41,498 bases of DNA from a virus (Duplodnaviria > Caudoviricetes), in IMG/VR virus record IMGVR_UViG_3300014208_000014, positions 1-41,498 of that record; one strand, written 5' to 3'. This document shows positions 34,926 through 41,498 of this stretch, piece after piece; the stretch's first letter is position 1, and each line of letters opens with the position of its first letter. The translations under genes were made by a program, and so were the position numbers. The notes under the pieces were generated by a model, which saw nothing but the letters and a program-made list of their open reading frames with translations, did no database searches and had not been told where the DNA came from.

Positions 34926-35921
34926 ATGGCTAATAACTCTACACTGAGTATTCCGCAAATAGTAGATCCCGCAATCGTCTCGGCGTTTGACCAGGTGAAA
35001 TACCAAATTGCGAATGAGTCTCAGTTCAAAAAATTTCCTTTTAAGGAATATGAAATCGAAACTACAGCCGACAAGATGTCATCTTTGTCTGGCTATGGTG
35101 CTGGTGGTCTGACAATTGAAGGTCAGTCCTATGCACTGGATTACAAGTACAATGGCTATGCCAAGACGCTGGTAGTCCGAAAATATACCAAGAGAGTTCC
35201 TTACACTGAAGAACTGGATTATTTCTTGAAAAAGAGATCCAGCATGGGTGTATACGAAGTGGATTCTATGGTAAGAGGTCTGGTAAATGGCTTGATGCTC
35301 AACTGGGAACAGGATTTTGCTAAGATTTTCTATCTTGGCCAAGGTACGACTTTCATCACTGGTGGTGATTCCGTTGCTTTGATTTCTGCTTCTCATCCAT
35401 CGGCAAAACCTGGTCTGGCGGTACAGTCCAACATCATCACTGTTGGTGTAACAACCAACGTGGTTTTGGCGGCTACCTCTTTACAGGCTGCTTCTATCCA
35501 GTTGGATAGATTCAAAGATGATGCAGGCGTACTGGTACGTCCTGTCACCAACCTTTGTCTTATCGCTTCTAGGCAGGGCTTGGAGACTGCTTTCAGATTG
35601 AAGATGAGTGAATACGGCCCGGATTCTGCGAATCTTGGCTTTGGCGTGGTGTCTCCGACAATTTCTGCTGCACTTGGTAAGTCCTTCCAGGTCTTGCCTA
35701 TGCATCACATGCCTGATGCCTATGCCAACTACTGGTTCTTGGTAGATATGGATAAGATGAGAGAGATGCTTGTTATGGCGAAAGCATGGGAACCTCGTAT
35801 CCATAATAGAATGAAGGATATTGATGGTGTCGAAAATATCCTGGCCTCTACTCTGTTTGGCCCAAATCCGATTGACTGGAGATGGATTGTCGGTTCGACA
35901 GGTGCTAACCCCTTACCGTAA
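34926..35921 (+). CDS. Major capsid protein (HK97 fold, Mu gpT-like)
   Basis: GGDSVALISASHP, YWFLVD and DWRWIVGSTG motifs; followed by a terminator. Confidence 0.85.
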   Translation: MANNSTLSIPQIVDPAIVSAFDQVKYQIANESQFKKFPFKEYEIETTADKMSSLSGYGAGGLTIEGQSYALDYKYNGYAKTLVVRKYTKRVPYTEELDYFLKKRSSMGVYEVDSMVRGLVNGLMLNWEQDFAKIFYLGQGTTFITGGDSVALISASHPSAKPGLAVQSNIITVGVTTNVVLAATSLQAASIQLDRFKDDAGVLVRPVTNLCLIASRQGLETAFRLKMSEYGPDSANLGFGVVSPTISAALGKSFQVLPMHHMPDAYANYWFLVDMDKMREMLVMAKAWEPRIHNRMKDIDGVENILASTLFGPNPIDWRWIVGSTGANPLP

Positions 35922-35930
35922 ACGAAAACT

Positions 35931-35952
35931 GGGGGGAGAAATCCCCCCTCTT
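35931..35952 (+). terminator. Intrinsic terminator/stabilising hairpin after the MCP
   Basis: GGGGGGA-GAAA-TCCCCCC. Confidence 0.7.
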
Positions 35953-35975
35953 AATACTTAATAACAACCTTTAAA

Positions 35976-37523
35976 ATGAGTGGTATAACGGATGATAAAG
36001 GTGTAACCAGTTTCAATATAATTGGTTTAGACACAGAATTACATAAAATTGGGACTCCCAGTGTATATGTAGCTGCTGTAAACAGGGCAAAAGAGGTTTC
36101 TATCTGCTCTGGAGCAACAAAACCGACTGATAATGATAATGGTTATGCTAAGGGTTGCCTTTTCATTAAGACAAATGGGGGTCTTGGTACCACTTTGTAC
36201 ATTAATGAGGGTGATTCTACTGATTGTGATTTTAACGCAATCGGTTCGGGTGGTTCTTCCACCTTTATTGGTTTGACTGACGTCCCAGCAGCTTTTGCGG
36301 GGTCTTCTTTGAAACCAGTAAGAGTAAATGTAGGTGAAACGGCTTTGGAATTTTATACTCCAAGCCTGGTAAACGCAGATATTGATGCTGCTGCCGCTAT
36401 CGCGTGGTCAAAACTGGCGGTCTCTACTGATATCTCAACGGCAGGAAAGGTTACAGATTTAACTTTAACTGGTGAGGTTATTGGGGATGTGGCGTATTTT
36501 GATGGAACCAACTGGGTTCATCTTGCCGCCACAGCACTCCCAGCGGGGACGGCTTCTACGATTGCACAATCTTGTGCTCTTGAGGCCGGAGCTTTCGACC
36601 TTACTTTGGCTACGACTACCCAAACAGCTGGAATTGCCAATTTGACAATCCCAGATTTCGCGGGTGTAAGTCAGGTGATGGCCTTCATTGGCCTCCAACA
36701 GACTCTGACGAATAAGATTCTGACAGATTCTACGGTTTACTTTGGTGCAAATGGTGCTTTGACCAAAATGGCCAAATTGAGTCTGGGTGGGGCTACAGCA
36801 GGGAAAGCAACAACTCTGACTTTTGTTCATACCGATGATAGGGCAATTACTTTTCCTGATGCTACTGATACCTTAGTAGGTCTGGCGACTACCGATACCT
36901 TAACCAATAAGACTCTGACGGATACGACCTGTATCTTTGGAGCCAATGGCGCGTTAACAAAGACAATCGGCTTCGACGCTTCGGCATTAACCGCTGGTAA
37001 TAAGCTCACGCTTGCTGCTGCGGCTGGTACTGCTCAGACGCTGACTTTGCCAAATGCTACAGATACCTTAGTCGGTAAAGCTACGGCTGACGTATTTACC
37101 AACAAGACGTTTGATTGTGATGGTGCAGGAAACGTGTTGAGTAATGTGAGTGGGTCTGAGACTGACCCTATCGCAGTACCTGCTACTGAGGCTGCGGTAC
37201 AGACTTTACCGGTGCTCTTCGTAGGCCATGTGGATAACGAAATCGGCCCAGTGAAGTTGCTTGACTCGGTTCCTTTCAAGATGATGGTGGTGAGGGCCTG
37301 GTCACAGAATACTTCTGCTGATGGCGGGACTTGGAAACTTCAGGACAATGGTTCTAATGACATTACTGATGTCGTTACTGCCGCTGCTTCTGATAACGAC
37401 ATAGATAACGCAACTCAGATTGATGATTCCTTTTCCACGCTTACAGCTGGTCAGGATTTATATGTAAGCGCTTCTGGAACCCTGGATGCTTATATCTTTG
37501 TCGAGGTAATTAGAGTAGATTAA
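35976..37523 (+). CDS. Putative head/tail fibre with three ~65-aa repeats
   Basis: TLTNK.LT / FGANGALTK / P.ATDTLVG repeats with a 195-nt period. Confidence 0.65.
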   Translation: MSGITDDKGVTSFNIIGLDTELHKIGTPSVYVAAVNRAKEVSICSGATKPTDNDNGYAKGCLFIKTNGGLGTTLYINEGDSTDCDFNAIGSGGSSTFIGLTDVPAAFAGSSLKPVRVNVGETALEFYTPSLVNADIDAAAAIAWSKLAVSTDISTAGKVTDLTLTGEVIGDVAYFDGTNWVHLAATALPAGTASTIAQSCALEAGAFDLTLATTTQTAGIANLTIPDFAGVSQVMAFIGLQQTLTNKILTDSTVYFGANGALTKMAKLSLGGATAGKATTLTFVHTDDRAITFPDATDTLVGLATTDTLTNKTLTDTTCIFGANGALTKTIGFDASALTAGNKLTLAAAAGTAQTLTLPNATDTLVGKATADVFTNKTFDCDGAGNVLSNVSGSETDPIAVPATEAAVQTLPVLFVGHVDNEIGPVKLLDSVPFKMMVVRAWSQNTSADGGTWKLQDNGSNDITDVVTAAASDNDIDNATQIDDSFSTLTAGQDLYVSASGTLDAYIFVEVIRVD

Positions 37524-37549
37524 ACCATTATTCTTTAATCAAAAACGTA

Positions 37550-37741
37550 ATGGATAAAAAATTGGAAGAACGCAAAAAGGAACTGGAAAGCCGTTTTATT
37601 GAGGTGCAAGACCTTTTGAAAAAGGCGAGCCAGGAAGTAAGCGGCTACCAGACGGAAATGATTTCTCTGAAAGGGGCATACATTGAGGTCTGTAATCTAA
37701 TGGATTCCGAACCGAAACCCTTGGAAGAGGAAAAGAAATGA
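37550..37741 (+). CDS. Small coiled-coil protein (possible fibre chaperone)
   Basis: 63-aa heptad-rich ORF after the fibre gene. Confidence 0.6.
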   Translation: MDKKLEERKKELESRFIEVQDLLKKASQEVSGYQTEMISLKGAYIEVCNLMDSEPKPLEEEKK

Positions 37742-37750
37742 TGATAGCTA

Positions 37751-37773
37751 TAGGGGGCCTTCGGGCCTCCCTA
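37751..37773 (+). terminator. Hairpin with cUUCGg tetraloop (terminator or stabiliser)
   Basis: GGGGGCC-TTCG-GGCCTCC. Confidence 0.65.
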
Positions 37774-37796
37774 GCTGTTATTATCTTTAAAAAATT

Positions 37797-38342
37797 ATGT
37801 CAATTTTAGAAACATTGGGGGTGAAGACTTCTCTTTTTGTAGATTCAGAAATTGAATTGATGGAGAAGGCTATAAACGATGGTCAGTATGAGCATCTGTC
37901 TGCTATTATTACTCAGTTGAGCCCGGAGAAAGTAGCTGAAATAGAAAAAATTCAAAATCAACTGAGGCCCAGAACTTTCACCTTTGATTCAGAAGAACAG
38001 AAGAATTTCGAAATTTGGTTGAGCAAACATGGTGTTCAAGAATTGACTCCTGAGATTGAGGCAGACTGGCAGGCGAAGATTGAAAAAGAGAGGGTAGAGA
38101 AATTGGAGCAGCTGACAGGGGGAAAACAAGAGGTTAAGGCGCAGACTGTAGACGGAACTTCTGCTACTTCCGCAGTTTTGGAAAATACCTTACTTTCAGT
38201 TAAAGGTTTAGGGCCAAAGTCAATAGAAAAATTAAGAGAGACGGGAATAAATACGGTAGAAGAATTTAAAAAACTGCCTTATACTGATAAGGAGAAAGTG
38301 TTAGGGCCGATAGTGGCTGCGAAGTTTGAAACCTTTAATTAG
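37797..38342 (+). CDS. Protein with a C-terminal helix-hairpin-helix domain
   Basis: LLSVKGLGPKSIEKLRETGINTVEEF. Confidence 0.75.
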   Translation: MSILETLGVKTSLFVDSEIELMEKAINDGQYEHLSAIITQLSPEKVAEIEKIQNQLRPRTFTFDSEEQKNFEIWLSKHGVQELTPEIEADWQAKIEKERVEKLEQLTGGKQEVKAQTVDGTSATSAVLENTLLSVKGLGPKSIEKLRETGINTVEEFKKLPYTDKEKVLGPIVAAKFETFN

Positions 38343-38347
38343 AGAAA

Positions 38348-39283
38348 ATGACGACGATTTCTAGAGAATCTTTTCCTCTAAGAGGAGCAACAAGTACGGC
38401 GTCTCCTTCTTATGCCCTTCCTGTTTTAGATCAGGTCTCTAGTAAGTTTACTGGCAAGACCTTAACTGCTGGGGTAGATTTTGTAATTCCGGCAGGGGCA
38501 GTTGGGACGGTAGTTGAAATTCAATTGCCTTATGGTCAAATTTTAGGAAATTATGGCAGAGTGGGGGCTTTAAACGACTCTAGTTTTGCCTTTGGTGGTG
38601 CGGCGGCTACAACTTTTACTACACAGGTTCAGTTTGTCCCTAATTTTTCTGGAAATGGGGGGAATGCGAGTGGACTGGTCGCTGGTCAGTTTTTTATAGA
38701 TTATGAGACTGGGACGATTTACGGGAAAAAAGCAGATGCCGGAGTGACTGGAACCATTACGGCGGATTTTTGGCTGCCGATTTTTCCTGATAGTCTAATT
38801 GATGGAACACAGAAAGTTCAGATTGTGGACGCCTTAGGAAATGTGGTTTCCGTTACAGGAAACAAACTGGACGTGAATACTACTCTTGGAGCTGGTACAG
38901 CTCTTCTTGGTCAGATTATTTCAGCATTGCAGACTGGGGTTATTTATTTAGGAACTACTGCTCTCACGCCTAAGTTCGCTTTTGCTAATGTGCCTGTCAG
39001 CCAGACGGACTATAATCTTGTAACAGCAGTGGCTGGGAAAAAAATTAGAATAGTTTCTTGGGACGTAGTTACGGGAGGCGTGGCCACTAATTTAACTTTT
39101 AATTCGAAGGGTGGGGGTGCTGGGACAGCAATTAGTCCTATTTATCAAAACGCTGCGAACGGTGGCGAGGTAATCAACTTTTCTCCTGTTGGTCATATGG
39201 AAACCAGCAGCGGAGAAGCGCTTACTTGTACCACTGGAGCAGGTTCAACTTCAGGGGTTCAATTGACATATATTGAGGTATGA
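38348..39283 (+). CDS. Putative virion structural protein
   Basis: 311 aa G/T/A-rich; GQFFIDYETGTIYG motif. Confidence 0.6.
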   Translation: MTTISRESFPLRGATSTASPSYALPVLDQVSSKFTGKTLTAGVDFVIPAGAVGTVVEIQLPYGQILGNYGRVGALNDSSFAFGGAAATTFTTQVQFVPNFSGNGGNASGLVAGQFFIDYETGTIYGKKADAGVTGTITADFWLPIFPDSLIDGTQKVQIVDALGNVVSVTGNKLDVNTTLGAGTALLGQIISALQTGVIYLGTTALTPKFAFANVPVSQTDYNLVTAVAGKKIRIVSWDVVTGGVATNLTFNSKGGGAGTAISPIYQNAANGGEVINFSPVGHMETSSGEALTCTTGAGSTSGVQLTYIEV

Positions 39284-41498
39284 GTTATACTAATGCTATT
39301 TTTTTCATGGATTATGAGCTTGGCTCAGACACAGCCCGTGCTGGTTTTGCTGGTGTAGCTTCAAATCCTTCAGGGACAACGGTTAATATTCATGCTGTTG
39401 GACATGGGTTAGTGACGGGTGCAGTCGTAGACTTAACGGCTTTTACGGCGTGGTTAAATGCTGCATTTAAAATTACGGTTACGGGGCTGGATGATTTTAC
39501 TTTGGATAATACTGTCTGGCAGGCCGCAGCCGACCCCAATGGAACGGTTACTCCTAGAGGGGGAATGAACTGGACTGACGCTTGGAAAACGATGACTACT
39601 GGTGCTACGGCGGCAAGATTAGCAGCAGGGGATACAATTAAAATTGCGAAAAGTCCGAACCCGGTTTCGGTTGGTAATGCAGCGTGGACGTATTTGGACA
39701 AAACAGTGACATTGGAGACAGCACAGAATCTGACTATCACAGACTGTGAAGCTGATTGGACTGCGGTTAACGCGACCTCTTCAGCAAAATTAGCTGTGGC
39801 CACTGACGCTAAGGAGGGTAGTTTTTGTTTGAAGTTAGTGGAGGATGCTACCCCTGGTGCAAATCAAATGCAGGCTTATTATGCCACGGGGGAATTGGTA
39901 CTTTCTGGTTATCAGAAGATTTCTTTTTGGATAAAAAATGAGGTGGCTATTACCGACGGTTCAACCTTTATAATCAATTTATATTCCAGTGTTGACGCTT
40001 CTGGAGCTGCTGTTGATTCTTTCGCTCTCCCCGCAATTCCTTCTACTGGCCGTTGGCTTCCTCTGACGATTGTTAAAACGGGTGGGGGAGATATGGGCGC
40101 CTCGATTAAGTCTGTTGCTGTACTTAATGGCACAACCACCTATACGGCTAGTAAATATATTTATCTCGACAACATTATCGCCTGTACTACTGATGGCCTG
40201 AATTTACAAAGTTTGATTTCTAAAAATAGTGCGGTATATGGTGGTGCTGAGCCGTGGTTGGGAATACAAAGTATAAACGGAGCGACGATTTTATTGGACA
40301 CCGAAACCAATACCAAGGCTAATGCGGGAAAAGGGTATTCTGGTGCGACGGCGGCGTCAGTTACAACTTACAAACGGGAGACCATCAAAACCATATTGGC
40401 CGCATCAGCGAGTACACTTGTTCAGGAATGTAAAAAAGCGGGGACGGCTACTTCCATGATAGCTTATGAGGGGGGGTATAATACTGGCGACTCTTCTCAG
40501 GATGGAGAAACTTATTTCGATGGTTTAAATGGGAATGGGTATGGAGTTCATTCAGCGGTTACTTATAATTCAATTAATAGGGTTTCTGGAGCGAGATACG
40601 ATATCGGAATGGGGAACAACAATGGTACGGCTGATAATTCTGTCTTCTATTTGAAAAATATTCAGGGTTTAAATAATATGACAGAATACGGTATTCGAAG
40701 TCCTCTGTACCTGACTGTTGATTGGCTTGGGAATGCCTGTAATTGTGGAGCGAGTGGCATTTTTTCACTTGCTCGTAGAGTGCAGATTGAGGAGGTAGGG
40801 AATCTTTCTGGGAATGTCCGCGGCATAAATGGCGCTAGCAGTATCGTCAGAATTACTAAAGTCGGAAATATCAAGAATAATACGGCTGGGGTGTATATCA
40901 ACACGCTTGGAGCATCTATATATGTCGGGGGAGCTTCATTGGCTGATAACACCGCCGATATTACCAATGGCGCAGACTATTCACCTGTAGATGTAGAATT
41001 GAATAATTGTAGCCTGACTTCTGCTGTGGAATTGAATAACACTTCGGGAAATAATTATAATATGCCGATTAAAATAACTAATGACCAGAATGGACTGTCT
41101 AGGTCTTTATATAAACAGGGGACAGCCTCGAATCTGGCTACGGACAGGGTAGGAGGGACAGGAAAAATGTGGAAAATTGCGATTGCCGATAGCAAGGCTT
41201 GTCTTGTGGATTCTCCAATTAAATTAAAGGCCGCTGTCCTTGCGGTAGAGGCGAACAAGACCTTGAATGTCTCGGCGTATATTAAGAAGGATAACACCTC
41301 AACCGTAGGAGCAAGATTGGTGGTAAGGGGCGCTCAGATTGCTGGTATTCCTGATACGATATTTGTAGAGGCTTCATCTGCTGATACAGATTGGCACCTT
41401 ACGTCGTTAGCGGCGATGTTACCGACGGCTACAGGGGTGATAGAAGTGGAGTTCTGGGGATATTACGTCACCGGAAATAGCAATGTTTATATTGAGGG
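39280..41498 (+). CDS. Large virion protein (spike/adhesin-like, 746 aa), continues across the circular junction to position 145; missing from ORF track
   Basis: ATG at 39280 overlaps the previous TGA; I translated the frame with no stop through 41498 (MSYTNAIFFMDYELGSD...GMNWTDAWKT...AGDTIKIAKSP...). Confidence 0.85.
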   Translation, partial: MSYTNAIFFMDYELGSDTARAGFAGVASNPSGTTVNIHAVGHGLVTGAVVDLTAFTAWLNAAFKITVTGLDDFTLDNTVWQAAADPNGTVTPRGGMNWTDAWKTMTTGATAARLAAGDTIKIAKSPNPVSVGNAAWTYLDKTVTLETAQNLTITDCEADWTAVNATSSAKLAVATDAKEGSFCLKLVEDATPGANQMQAYYATGELVLSGYQKISFWIKNEVAITDGSTFIINLYSSVDASGAAVDSFALPAIPSTGRWLPLTIVKTGGGDMGASIKSVAVLNGTTTYTASKYIYLDNIIACTTDGLNLQSLISKNSAVYGGAEPWLGIQSINGATILLDTETNTKANAGKGYSGATAASVTTYKRETIKTILAASASTLVQECKKAGTATSMIAYEGGYNTGDSSQDGETYFDGLNGNGYGVHSAVTYNSINRVSGARYDIGMGNNNGTADNSVFYLKNIQGLNNMTEYGIRSPLYLTVDWLGNACNCGASGIFSLARRVQIEEVGNLSGNVRGINGASSIVRITKVGNIKNNTAGVYINTLGASIYVGGASLADNTADITNGADYSPVDVELNNCSLTSAVELNNTSGNNYNMPIKITNDQNGLSRSLYKQGTASNLATDRVGGTGKMWKIAIADSKACLVDSPIKLKAAVLAVEANKTLNVSAYIKKDNTSTVGARLVVRGAQIAGIPDTIFVEASSADTDWHLTSLAAMLPTATGVIEVEFWGYYVTGNSNVYIE
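41376..41498. repeat. Direct terminal repeat, right copy
   Basis: Identical to 1-123. Confidence 0.97.

Noticed and set aside
36690-37120. Diversity-generating retroelement TR/VR pair
   Set aside because: The repeats are in-frame protein repeats with differences not confined to adenines, and no reverse transcriptase is encoded.
1-41498. Alternative genetic code (TGA or TAG reassigned)
   Set aside because: Long genes are intact in code 11, and TGA/TAG act as tightly coupled stops (e.g. 12502-12504, and 39281-39283 in an ATGA overlap).

Overview
This window is a complete, circularly assembled ~41.4 kb tailed dsDNA phage genome: bases 1-123 repeat exactly at 41376-41498, giving a unit length of 41,375 bp. 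It has a P22/podovirus-like gene order. (i) A + strand late module runs from ~28.2 kb through the window end to ~12.8 kb: terS, terL, portal, scaffold, decoration, major capsid, a long block of fibre/decoration genes including an unlisted 746-aa ORF spanning the circular junction, adaptor, nozzle, collar tail fibre, two probable ejection proteins, Amidase_3 endolysin and a holin-like gene. (ii) A - strand replication/recombination module occupies 22.5 to 12.8 kb: P-loop helicase, RepB/AEP-like primase, SSB-like protein, Gp157, XRE HTH, metallophosphoesterase, RuvC-like protein and many micro-ORFs. (iii) Two small convergent early-type clusters lie at 22.9-27.3 kb and include an AAA+ ATPase. 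(iv) An AT-rich, iteron-bearing non-coding region at 27.35-28.2 kb is a candidate origin. I recognised no integrase, DNA polymerase, reverse transcriptase or CRISPR array. The gene starts I inspected have AU-rich leaders without Shine-Dalgarno motifs, suggesting by inference a CPR/Patescibacteria- or Bacteroidota-like host. The most unusual element is a ~570-nt - strand non-coding RNA cassette (14133-14695). It holds two hugely expanded tRNA-like elements, one ending in an encoded CCA and one with a 69-nt T-loop, flanking a long GNRA-capped hairpin. All calls come from reading motifs by eye; no database searches were run.
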